From the NCBI GenBank assembly GCA_951406725.2, contig OX597829.1, positions 23,498,001 through 23,562,000 of the forward strand: a stretch of 64,000 nucleotides of DNA, written 5' to 3'. Below, in pieces: positions 37,893 to 50,400 of the stretch; the first letter of the stretch is position 1; every line of letters begins with the position of its first letter. Position numbers and translations under genes: made by a program. The notes beneath the pieces were generated by a model. The model worked only from the letters and a program-made list of their open reading frames with translations. It was not told where the DNA came from and did no database searches. The DNA is from Octopus vulgaris. Its lineage: Eukaryota.

Positions 37893-40800
37893 TTAATTCA
37901 GTAACACAATTCTTCTTTAGTTCTGATCAAACGCATTCTTTCCATGACAATCCAGTAATATTGCATCCAAGACCACATTCAAAGTAACCATTTAATTTTT
38001 TTAAGATAGGGTATAATTTGAAAATTGGCTGTTATTTCTAGCAGGCTGTGTAATCTCATATTGCATAGTCGCCTCCCTCTGTAGCGTATTATTTAGTTCC
38101 AGCTGACTTTAACTGAGCTCATCATTATTAAAGGCATTCCAACAATGACCATCTTGTCTGATTACCAGACATCGAGTATCTAGGATTATATTGTGGAATG
38201 CCATTTTTTTTTTTTCAGAATACAGGTTATAATTTGAAATTTGGCTGCTATTTATTTCTAGCTTCTCAACCAAACCCCTGTACAGACTCCCTTGCTGATC
38301 CATATATTTTTCCTGTAGACACCAACCCTAAAAAAAACCTTCAGATTCATGCTGAGCAATGACAACTGAATCAATGTGAACCATCAAACTTGTAAGCATC
38401 CCTCAGCAAATTTCATTCACTGGTGCTACTTTCTTTTCCTCATGTTAATGACATCCTCCTCTACTATAGGCACATGGTGCTGAAATTTTGGGGGAGGGAG
38501 CCAGTTGATTAGATCGACCCCGAAAGGATGGAAGGTAAAGTCGACCCCAGCAGAATCTGAAGAGGGGCTAAGTCAATTACATTGACCCCCAGAGCTCAAC
38601 TGGTACTTAATGCCACAAAGCATTTTGTCTGGTGTGTTAATGAATCTGCCAGCTCATCACCTTGATATAAAAATTCTAATTTTCGCTCAAGGCCAGCAAT
38701 TTCTTAGGAGTCAAATTACATTAACTCAGAACTTGACTGGTACTTTATTTTACCATTCCCAAAAGGATGAAAGGTAAAGATGATCTTGGTACAACTTGAA
38801 CTCTGAACATAAAAAACCAGAAGAAATGCTAATGATTCTGCCAACCCATCACCTTGATAAATTCCACTTGTAATCTCAAAATCATTTTCCATGAAATAGT
38901 AAAAAAACGTAAAATGTAGCAATAAGGTGAGGTTAGATTCAAGAATGCTGAGTCTTGCAGACAATGGCACAACTGCTGAGTACAGACTGAATGTATAAAA
39001 CCATGCCATCATCATATTATACCCACGTTCCATGCTAGTGTAGCAATATTGTTTTCTTCATTGCTATCTTCACTGTTTGAGAAAAATATTAAGAATGATC
39101 TCGTTTGAGATTACAAACATCTTTGGATAGTTTAACCTTGTTGTGTCCACTGATCCGATTGGTTAGCATCTAAGCGCGGTCTGTCTCTACTTATTTCACG
39201 CCAGTGTGTAAACTGACCAACCACGGATTTCGGATAGGACTTTTCATTTGAGCCATCTTAACTCTTTAAATAGGCTGATCATATCACCAATCACGTCGGG
39301 GTCACCAATTTTCCTATGGCGATTTTGTTTATTCTACCTTAAGCTTTCTCTTAGGTTATATTATTTTATTTGGCTTTTTTCTGAGTAAGGGAGAATATAA
39401 TGATTAATGTCACTTATACTTAAGAGTTATCATTATACCTAAAACCCTAACTACAGTATATAACGTCATAGAGACATATACACCTGAAACGCTATGAATA
39501 TTAATGACATGTATGTTGAATATTTTCCTCATGTCCTTTTAACCGCTATAAGAAAAGTCTAGCATGAATCGGACAGTTTGCAGGATCCAACAGGTCAAAG
39601 AGCCATGCCTTGTACTATTGTCTCAGTTTTGGTATGGTTTCTAAGGTTGGGTGATCTTAAGACCAACCATTCTGCTAAGTACTTTTCTCACAGCACCAGA
39701 CTAGTGAGGTAACCATTAGATTCCAACCAAGTGATGGTAGAAGAGGAGGTGATTCTTTTTTGTGTGGCATTGAGAGCTGAAAGTATGATAGAAGGGACAG
39801 GAACAGGTTTGTTGTTCAGAAGATACATGGTTCCAAACAATATATACAGGCAGGTAGATCCGGAGAGAGAGAGATAAAAGATAACGGTGACAGTGTCTCA
39901 ATGCACTAGATGATCAGAAACATGAGCGGGTAAAAGTTACATGAATATGTGGGAGAGTGAAAAACGGTCAGAAGTAGGGGTGGGGTAAATGGGGAAAAAA
40001 AAAGAGTGGCGATCAATGATAAATATGAGAAGTCAACTAGCAGAATAATAACACAGTAGATGGACTAGGGATTCGAGATATGGAGATAAGTTGGTTGGTT
40101 AAGGTTAGAGATGGACAGAGATAGGGTCAAGGTGGATGTGGTATAAGATAAATATGTTAATGACAGGTGTCTAAAGAAAGTGACTCAAAGGAAGAGTGTA
40201 ACAGTAGAGAAAAGGTTGAAATATGTAGTTCTGCTAATTACAGCCATAGTAGTCATTGCTCCTGCACACCTGACACATACGGTTTTGTCGGTCTGTATGT
40301 GATTCTTGAGTCCATAGTTTTCACTCAGGGTATAGAAGACACTTGCCCAAGATAATACCACATGGAGGAACTGAGTCTGATTATATATATATTTGATTAA
40401 TGAGAAAGTTTATTAATAACTACAACTGTTTTGACCCCTCATGGGTGAAATACAAATGTTGTTTAGTATCTCACCCTTGAGGGATCGAAACAATTGTAGT
40501 GATCAATAAACATTCTTGCATCTCTCTTATCAATAAAATACCCAACAAACACTGTGAAAGTGAACCTGCTTTACTAGTAAGCTACCAGGTGTATACCATA
40601 TGATTTATTATCTAATAACATATACTCTTTACTTGTTTCAGTCATTTGACTGTGGCCATGCTAGAGTACCGCATACAGTCGAGCAAATTGACCCCAGGAC
40701 TTATTCTTTGTAAGCCTAGTACTTATTCTATCAGTCTCTTTTGCCGAACCACTAAGTTACAGGGACGTAAACACACCAGCGATGTAGGGGGGGGGGGGAA

Positions 40801-41327
40801 CAAACACAGACACACACGATGGGGATCTTTCAGTTTCTGTCTACCAAATCCACTCACAAGGCCTTGATCGGCCCGTGGCTATAGAAGACACTTGCCTAAG
40901 GTGCCATGCAGTAGGACTGAACACAGAACCATGTAGTTTGTAAGCAAGCTACTTACCACACAGCCACTCCTATGCCTATATATATATATAGTTGAATCAA
41001 TCTCTTGCTAATTTGAGTCTCACCTGTTGGTACACAGGGTCTTTATACAAATTACAATTAGAACAAAACATTATTAATCTCTACTACGGTACTGAGTATT
41101 CTTTTCTTTCTGGCAGCCAACAACGAACAAATTATATACACGTGCTTGAGAAGACACGTGCCTGTACTGGTGACACCTAAAAGACATCCAGTACACTCTG
41201 TAGAATGACTGGTGTTAGGAATGGCATCCAGCTGTAGAAACCAGCTCAAAACAGACAACTGAAGCCCGCTGCAGCTCTCCAACTTACCAGCTTCAGTCAA
41301 ATCACCTAACCCATGCCAAATTGGAAA

Positions 41328-41362
<35 letters not shown>

Positions 41363-41551
41363 AGCAAAACCCTTGCCCAGTGGCAAGACATTTGTGGAAC
41401 ATGAATAACAAACCATAAAGAAATGTTGAGTAAAAGCAAAAATACAGAAAAAAAAAAAAAATCATAATTTATACACACATGCACTGTAAATATCAATTTC
41501 AAATCTAAATATAAAAAATATAATAAACAAAAGCATCACATTACAAATAGC

Positions 41552-41557
41552 TTTATT
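41552..41557 (-). terminator. Polyadenylation signal AATAAA
   Basis: Minus-strand AATAAA followed by TTTGTAATGTGATGCTTTTGTTTATTATATTTTTT (GU/U-rich element). Confidence 0.5.
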
Positions 41558-43049
41558 TGAAGTGCCAGTAGTAACTATAGCATTGGTTACTACAAGACAT
41601 AAAAAAAATCTCCAAATATTTTAATATTACAATCATAGTGAAATGACATTGTAAGTCACTGGCTACTGTTTTAAGAAGAAAAAAAAAGTGTACTTAAATG
41701 AATGTGCCATTAAACAATTCACAACAAATAAAGTCGATTAAAGTTATAATAGTAATAATAATAATAAATGATAATCAGGACTTGCCCAATATATTTTGTG
41801 TTGTTGTAGTTGTACATGGTGTTATAATTTTCATTTTATCTGCCATGTACTTATTAATATATGACATAGTGAGAAAAGAATATGTTGTGTGAAATGAACA
41901 AGACAAAATGAGCCATAAAATGCTTACATCATGATAGTGGACTGAAAGATTAGTCAGAAGACACAAAAAAAAAAAAAAAAAAAAACTACAACTCTTACTT
42001 AATATTTGCATTTTTTTCTCTTTTCTAAGTGGAAAATAAATATGAATTTATCATGAATGTTTATGAAATCTAAAAATTATGGAAAAAAATATACAAGAAA
42101 TAGTTTGTTTTTGTTTTTTGCAAATGTCTTTATTAGGTTATTATTTATCATCATTTGTTAATACTTTAGAATATATACACAATATTTTAAGCCTATTCTT
42201 ACACAATTTTGTAAGAAAAATAAAGCAGGGAGATAGAGGGCAAGTTTTATTGGAGAATGGCATTAGCACAAATTTTTATTTCAACATTTCAAATACTTTT
42301 TTTTTCTCACATACATGTATAGCTTAACTGATAAAAAAAAAAAAAAAAAAAAACTGATTGAAAAAAAAAGTAATTATGACAGTCTTAAGAAGCATAATCA
42401 ATAAATTGAAAAAATTCTCATATTTTCTATTTGGTAAAAATGAAATTTCTTTTATCTTTGGGAAGTTATGACAATAAATTTAAAATAAAACCCACAAAAT
42501 AGCACATTTTCATTTCACAACCATTAAATTTCTCACATCATAAATACTGTTTGGATTAATGAAAACAAATTATCTAAAATGAAGGCCTAGTGGTAATGAC
42601 AATATTTATAAGTAATTTTTCAATTATTACTTGAAATCTAATGTAAATTTTTTCTTTTTTCTTTTCAAACATCCATAATTGAAACTGTTATTAACTCTAA
42701 GACATTTGACTCCCATGTAATCTATAACATATATATTTATATGTATTAAAACTGTAACCAGGTTATCAAATTAAAAATCTTCAGAAGTCTCCCACTGCTG
42801 CTTGATAAAATAAAGTAGCTTCCCATTACATATAGGTAACAGAAACTTATTTATATAGTGATGCTAAATTGGTAATGTGTTTGAAGATAGTAACCAAAGA
42901 TGTAACTATACGAGTTAAAAATCTAATTTAAACTGTCAACTAACTAAGTATCATACTGAAATAAGAAGTTGGATCCATATGACTGACTAAAATTACTTGA
43001 CGCCTCAGCATGGCTAAAACTGGTAAAAAATGTGGATGTATAATCAGTT

Positions 43050-43258
43050 AGCCTGGAGCTTGGGTACAATCTTTTTGGTTGCATGATTTAGTGCTGCAAT
43101 TGCCACAGTTGTCCACTTTCATTGTGTTGAGGAAAAAGGCCCAAAGGATGAAGTTCAATTCCTGAGCTGTTTGAGGGTTTCACCATTCGTTTATGGCATG
43201 AACTTGCATGACTTAAGCTTTTGAGACAAGCATGACTACTGGCAGAATCAACCATGTA
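43050..43258 (-). pseudogene. Decayed fragment of the 5' end of 18S rRNA, probably with adjacent 5'ETS sequence (43259-~43380)
   Basis: Minus strand TACATGGTTGATTCTGCCAGTAGTCATGCTTGTCTCAAAAGCTTAAGTCATGC...GGTGAAACC...GTGGACAACTGTGGCAATT...CTAAATCATGC...AAGCTCC is colinear with the universal 18S start TACCTGGTTGATCCTGCCAGTAGTCATATGCTTGTCTCAAAG...GGATAACTGTGGTAATTCTAGAGCTAATACATGC. Confidence 0.9.
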
Positions 43259-43624
43259 TCAGAAAAGCATGTGGTGGCGGCAGCATGCAAAAAGTGGAAG
43301 GAAAAGACAAGGAATAGGAAGTGGAAGCAACAGAGGTGGTGGCAGTTCCTTTCTTTGATCCTGCCTACCACTGCTTTAATGACACAGCATTGGTGACATT
43401 ATATATCTACATAAAGAGAGAGGCAAGTGAACAGTAGAATTAAAATGACTGGGAGACAATATATTGCATTTGACACTGTGATACATTGCTTTTGAGCCTT
43501 ACTAGTGTTTATGTAATTTTTGAGCCAAACTGGTGTTTATGTAAATTTACTATATATATATATCCTACAAAGTGGTAGGTACCCAAGCATCGCTGCACTC
43601 TAATGACTAAAGAACATATATTTA

Positions 43625-43992
43625 GGCATTATTTACATTTGACGAATATTTGTCCTCATCATGTTTGTTTTTAACACAATGTTTCGGTTGATATACCCTC
43701 CAGCCTTCATCAGGTGTCTTGGGAATGGGTTCTCATTCCCAAGGTTTTTTTTTTCTTTTTCCCTTCATGATCTATGACAACTATATCTGGCCTATTGGCC
43801 TTAATTTCTCAAACCATTACACCATATAATAGATTAAGAAAGAGAACCCAGGTTTGAAATTTCCCCAAAACACCTGATGAAGGCTGGAGGGTATATCAGC
43901 CGAAACATGTTAAGAAACAAGATGAGGACAAATATCCACCAAATGTAAATAAAGTACATAACTCCTCATCTCTTAAATATAGAACTGTATTA
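43625..43992. mobile_element. Penelope/Poseidon-type inverted pLTR pair
   Basis: ACACCTGATGAAGGCTGGAGGGTATATCAGCCGAAAC at 43870-43906 and its reverse complement at ~43670-43720. Confidence 0.75.
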
Positions 43993-44911
43993 TATATTTA
44001 GGCAGTCATATGTACAAATATGTATGATTTCTCTCTACCCATATATATACATATATACACACACATACAAAAAGTGATAAACACTTGTACAACATGAATA
44101 ACACTCTCTGACCCTATCTGCTATGTACTGACTATTTAAACCTAAAGAAATACTTAAAGATAATATCATGAGAAAGACTGAAATCAACCTGAATCTAATA
44201 CAAATACTACTGTTAAGAGAGTTAATTTCACATGTCATTAGATGTTAAGTCTAAAACCATCTTATTCTTTGGCAAAATATCTTCAATCTGTATTAGCAGG
44301 ATTACTATAAAGAAATCTAACTTCAATAATCTTCTTCAATGTGGAACTACTCATCTAGTCATAAACATTGTTATTATTAATGCTACAAATTTCAAACATT
44401 TTATGGTAAGGCACTTCAAAAATAAAAGAAATATATGCATGTGTGCGTGTATATATATGTGTGTGTGTGTGTGTTTATACAAAGTGGAAGCTCACGACCT
44501 GTGGTTAGGGTAACTGGCTCATGATCATAAGGTCATGGGTTTGACTCCTGGCAGCGAGTAGTGTTCTTGACACACACACATATTACATATATATGATATG
44601 CTTTATATATGTATTATATTAAGAATCTATAATATATGTTTCATATATCAACTGCCACCTCAGGCACTGGCACCCTTAGCACTCATTAGGATGAAGAGGC
44701 TCAACAACTCACTACAGATTAACTACTTGGATAAGAGTTAATGCCGCCACTACCATCAATATATTATATATTCACAGTTTATTGGAACTGAAAATTAAAA
44801 TGTCTATTAAAGTGCTTTTTGTCTTTTAAAAAATTATATATTTGAAGATTTTCCCTATTGCTTCTTAAAGAAACTTTTGAGATATATGTCTTTTAATTTT
44901 TTAACTACTTG

Positions 44912-45522
44912 GATGATTATTTACATTTGATGGATATTTGTCCTCATCTTTTCAGCTGATATACCCCCCAGCTTTCATCAGGTGTCTTGGGGAAATTCGG
45001 ATGTTATTATTATTCAGGCCACTGTCTGGAATCAATCTCGGAATCTTGGGGTTAGTAGCCTGCGCTTTTAACCACTACGCCATATGTCTGTGGGCAACTA
45101 TGGAGTGAATTTTAGGGCTTATAAATCTAATATATTCCTATCCTTCTGTAATACTGGTTCCCATATGCTATTCATATCTGCACTCAGTCTGCTTAGGAGG
45201 TTGCTGTGTCCTAGCATATATGCAGCTTCTTTTATTTTTCGTATTTTCCATTGGTGTTCTCTATTATTTTAATTTCATCCCACAGAGGGAGGTGGTCTCC
45301 ATTTTTCCACACATGATCAGCTATACTTGATTTATCAATATCTCGTGTCACAGCTTTGCAATGTTCCTCTACCTTTATTTTGAGGGGGGTGGCATGTATC
45401 ACCTGACAAAAGCTGCAGGGTATACAGCCGAAATGTGTTAACAACAAACAAGATGAGGACAAATATCTGTCAAATGTAAATAATATACATAATTCCTCAT
45501 CTCTTAAATATAGAACTGTATT
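44912..45522. mobile_element. Penelope/Poseidon-type fragment with GIY-YIG remnant between inverted ends
   Basis: Minus-strand PLKIKVEEHCKAV...SSIADHVWKNGDHLPLWDEIKII and WKIRKIKEAAYM; flanked by inverted copies of the pLTR seen at 21.6 and 43.7 kb. Confidence 0.75.
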
Positions 45523-46013
45523 ATTTAGATGATATTGAGAAGATAAAAAATTAGAAAAATTATTTGAATATTACATAAGAAGCAAATGATCACGCCAATA
45601 TAAATAATATCGGAACTAGTTCTATGTTGAGGAAATCTAAACTAAAAAAAATAAGGAACATTTTATAATGTGAAAGTATAATGGAAGCAACAAGCATAGA
45701 GTGACAAAATGACAAAAGGAACTTCCATTTTTACCAGTAAAAAAATTTGTTTAATGGGTGGCTTGTAATAGAAATCAAATATTGAAAATATTTTAAAATT
45801 TCTGAAAACAAATATAACTAGACAAAGTTAATAAATCGAAGATATCAATCAATCAAACTAAAATAAGTTCTTGCCGAAATTTCTTTCCAAAAGTCATTTC
45901 TTTTATACTCAGACATACATATACTCACATAGATATATATATTCCCACACAGTGTTGCTCCAGCCACCTGGCTAAAACAAATATATATATATATATTTAT
46001 ACATGTGCATATG

Positions 46014-46060
<47 letters not shown>

Positions 46061-46609
46061 GTGTGTGTATACGTACACACATTCACACTGGCTAGATCTG
46101 GCCTCATACCTACCTGACAATGTCATTCAAATCATAAACAATCATCATAGCATATAATACACACACACACACATAATAGTAGCTCTTTTGGATGCGTATT
46201 CAATTTGACACACATACACACCCACCCCAGAAAAGAGGTACAATGAATTAATCTTCGGAATTTCAAACGCTTTCTAAGTTACCTTTTGAATTCATAGCCT
46301 AGATAAAAATATTAATAGAAATATAAACATTTTAAAAGCTTAAAGAACATAAGTAACAATGTTGCCACCTAAATTGTAAACCAGGACTGATAAGCCATTG
46401 TTCGTCTGAGGTGGTTTAAAACTATTCAACCAATTTATAAATGGTACAATATCAAAAACGTACACTTCCAAGTGCTTCTTCTGATGTACAATGTGTATGT
46501 GTGTATATATACATTATGTATGTGTTTATATATATTTATACACACATACACATTCATTTATGCATACACACACACACATACACATATATATACACACACA
46601 CAGACACAC

Positions 46610-46641
<32 letters not shown>

Positions 46642-46854
46642 ATAAAACACAAAGTCTTTCAAAGAATATTCATTATCATTTCAAAACTAACCAGCTATGG
46701 AATTGAAACAAAATCTTGTGCTCTGATAATGGATATTTTGAAGCTGTTACACCATTAGCGAAAAGGAAGAAAGGTCTCTCTCCTGTAAATATAAAGAATT
46801 TAAAGGAACTTTTAATAAGGTAAACTGAAAAAAATATTTTAAAATTATTAATAA

Positions 46855-47320
46855 TCCTTTCTACTAAAGGCACAAAGCCTGAAATTTGTGGGGAGGGGTA
46901 GTTGATTACACTGGCCTGCGCTTCACTAGTACTTTATTCACTGACCCTGAAAGGATGAAAGGCAAAGTTGACCGTGGTGGAATTTGAAGTCAAAATGTAG
47001 CAATGGGCAAAATACTGCTAAGCATTTCACCTGGCGTGCTAATGATTCTGCCTTGTTAATAATAATGATAAAATTAATGGTTTCAATTTTGGCACAAGGC
47101 TAGCAATTTAAGAGTGAATGGGATAGTTGACTACATCTACACTGAAAGGATGAAAGAAGTTGACCTTGGAACATAAACACTGAAGAAATGCCACAAAGCA
47201 TTCTGTCCAGTGTGTTAAGAATTCTGCCACTTCACTACTTTGTTTAATAATTCTTTCTACTAGAGGTACAAGGCCTGAAATTCTAGGTGGGGTTAAAACT
47301 AGTCGATTACATCAAGCTCC
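46855..47320 (-). mobile_element. Three head-to-tail SINE-B copies (others at 1095-1225, 3655-3865, 19185-19378, 26920-27095, 38455-38855)
   Basis: Repeated GAAAGGATGAAAGGCAAAGT(C/T)GACC block on the + strand. Confidence 0.75.
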
Positions 47321-47481
47321 TGTACTTTGCTACCATTTCACTGTCTTGTTAATAAATAAAATAAATCATCTCACAAACAACGATAAATAGAAAGGAAATA
47401 AATGTTAATTCGATATATTTCATAATAATAATGCATATTACTGATTGATGTATATTTGATAAGAAAAACCAAGCTTACCTT

Positions 47482-50400
47482 TTAAGACTGCATTTGAGAA
47501 AATAATTCAGCTGCAGTTGTTCCAGTGATAGTTTGACCAGATGTTTCGTATTGCACTGTTCCATCTCCCTGTTCAACGATAGCATGAGCAACTTCTTCTG
47601 GGTTAGCTGTATGCACAATAATAATGGTCTCTTGTCCACCCTCTGTTTGTAATGTAGTTATTGTCTGATTGTTAAGTTCGTGTGCTGCATCAGTGACAAC
47701 AGCAGTATAAGTTCCTTCAGCAACTGAACCATCAGTTACTGTAGCATATACTGCTTGAGATTGTACTAATTCGGTTACTTTTCTCATGTCATCAATCTCC
47801 TCATCATCCATACCATCATCTAACATTTCATCCTCATCATCATCATCATCTTCGTCTTTAATCAGTGGAGCCATTTCTCCAGCAGCTACGTGAACTTTTC
47901 CAATATGTTCAAGCAATAATTTCTTACGTTTAAAAGTCTCCTGGCACATATCACATTGATAAGGTGATAATTTCTTATGCACTAATTGAATATGAGACAT
48001 AAGGTTCGACTTATTATTGAAGCAGCGGCCACAATCAGTGCACTTGTGTGGTTTTTCTCCTGTATGTATAAGCATGTGCCGGTCAACATGGTACTTCTTT
48101 GTAAACCTTTTCTCACAGACAGAGCAAATGAAAATTTTTTGATTAGGAGATTTCCAACCTTCATGTACTCGTTTCGTATGCCCAATAAGAGCACCTAAAG
48201 TTTTGAATGCAGCTTTGCATACGTCACAGAGATACTGACGAGTGTGCAAATGCATACCTTTAATATGAGTGTTAAGATTTCCACGGAATGCTGATGAATA
48301 ATCACAATGAGGACATTTATAAGGCTTTCTTCCAGAATGAACAGTGCGCATGTGAGAGCTGATTCCTGTTCTTAAGACTACCTTTCCACAAATTGGACAA
48401 GCGCTTTGCATTCTGTTTTGCTGGTGAAGTTCTTGATGGCGCTTCATATTTTTCGTGACCTTACCACATTCAGAACAGGTCTCACCAGCTTCGTCCCCAC
48501 CTTGTGTTGAAACTTTCATGATACGCTCTCTCCATTTTGCATTACGCATTTCTTCATCATAATCTGCTTCATGGCGATGTTTACTCTTAATATGCTTTAC
48601 CAGACCAATGAAGGCCTTATCGCAAAATGGACATTTCAGAGCTTCTTCAGTGTTTCTTTTAACACTCTTGCGCTTCGGTTCATCTTCAAATAAACTGAAA
48701 TCTGACTCTTCCTTCTTTCGGCGACGTCTTCTATAAAGATCTCCATCATCTGCATCTATTTCATCAATTTCACCTTCTTGCCCAAGTGGTCCAAATTTCT
48801 TTTTTCTCAGTCGTGGATCTGTCTGTGTTTGTACAGATCGTCTACCAGGAGATTCAAAAACAGTTTCAACCTCAACAAACTGAGGTGTCTGTGGTGTCCT
48901 TGGAGATTTGTCTTGCATAGCAGCATTTTTTGCAGCCAAAAACTCATCCTCATCAATTTGATCAATGTTATAAATATCATCTTGTTTGTCATCAAGTCTC
49001 CGCCTGTGCACTCTAATAGGAGTGAGAACTGCTCCATCATCTCCACAGATAATTCTTGACAAAGATTCTTCTTCAAGCTCATAAATTTCCTCTCTATCAT
49101 CTCTGTCTTCAATAGTATTGTCATTTTTATCTTCAATATACCCTTCCATGTCCTCTACTTCCATTTCAAGAGGCTCCTGTTTCATGTCTCGCATGGATTC
49201 ATTACTACTTTTAATATGAGAATACGACATGGTTTTACTTCTAGGAGAAGTGATAACAGTTCCTATATATTCATCACTTTCGTCATCATCCTCGTCGTCT
49301 TCCTCAACTTCTTCAATCTCCTCTTCCTCCTCTTCATCTTCGTCAACATCATCATCTTCACTATCATCATAAATTGTACTTGTACCTACAGCAGTATCTT
49401 CAAAATACCTTGCTTTCTTTTTTGGCGAAGCCATAGAAACTTTAGATGGAAGATCAATTCTTGATAATTCACTAACAGCTTCATCACTTTCTTCTGAAGG
49501 CACCTCATCGTCATCAAATTCAGCCTTACGCTTCCTGACATACTTAATTCCAGAAGTGCTAGCAACTGGCTCACCATCTTTCTCACTCGCTGCCTTTGAT
49601 CGGCGACCTGAAGATTTCTCAGCTACTTCAATACTCTCAGCATCTTTCTTTGCAGATTTTGGTGTTTCCTTACTTTTTGGTCTACCACGACGTGGCAGAG
49701 TATCTTCAGCTTTCTTTGACACATTCGGTGATTCTTTTGCTGCGTCCTTGCCCTTTGAAGATAATTTTTCCTTTTTCTTAGTAGATGTTTCAGGAGAGGA
49801 CTTTTTCTGTGACTTTTCTTCCTGACCTTTCTTTATTCTGCCAGAACGGCGCCTACCTTCTTCTTCGTCCTCCTCCTCTTCTTCATTGCTAATCTTCTGA
49901 CGTTTAGCTCGTCCTTCTGGAGAATCAACATCGTAATTCTTTTCTAATGAATCTTTTCTTGGACGACCTCTCTTTTGACTTGAAGAAGGCGTGTCGTGTT
50001 TTTCAGTGGTTGCTTTTTCTGCTTTCTTAGGAGGATCATCTTTCCGAGGCCTACCTCGCTTTCGTTTTAAAGTAGATTCATTCTTAGATTCCCCTGCACT
50101 ATCAACACTTTGTTCAGCGTCTTCGGATAAATCAGTTTCTTTGGAAGACTTTCTCTTTGTTTGTTTGGTTTCTTTTGTAGCACTAGGCTCTGATTCATCA
50201 CCACTGGTTTCTTTGCTCCGAACACGTAAAGATCGGTTACTGGATTTTGGAGTTTCAAACTCACTATCTGTGCTTTTAGTGGCCTGAGATGCTGCTGGAG
50301 TAGTAGACTTAGGTGGCCTACCTCTACGTCTTGGAGTTGCTGCTTCTGTTTGTCCTTTGTTCCCAGTCAAATCTGGAGTTGCACACTCAATAATCTGTAC

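Larger units (their letters stand above)
41530..43406 (-). other. Probable terminal 3'UTR exon of the zinc-finger gene
   Basis: Acceptor CTCTCTCTTTATGTAG| at 43407; ~1.9 kb of largely repeat-free, U-rich sequence ending at an AATAAA with a GU-rich downstream element. Confidence 0.5.

Noticed and set aside
43050-43258. Functional 18S rRNA gene
   Set aside because: Only ~210 nt, with substitutions and indels in universally conserved positions; no downstream rDNA.
8219-47479. Bicistronic zinc-finger/GSTCD transcript via the post-stop donor
   Set aside because: A nearer acceptor, a polyA signal and separate promoter-like islands lie between the genes; nothing in the sequence favours the 39-kb splice, though only RNA data can exclude it.
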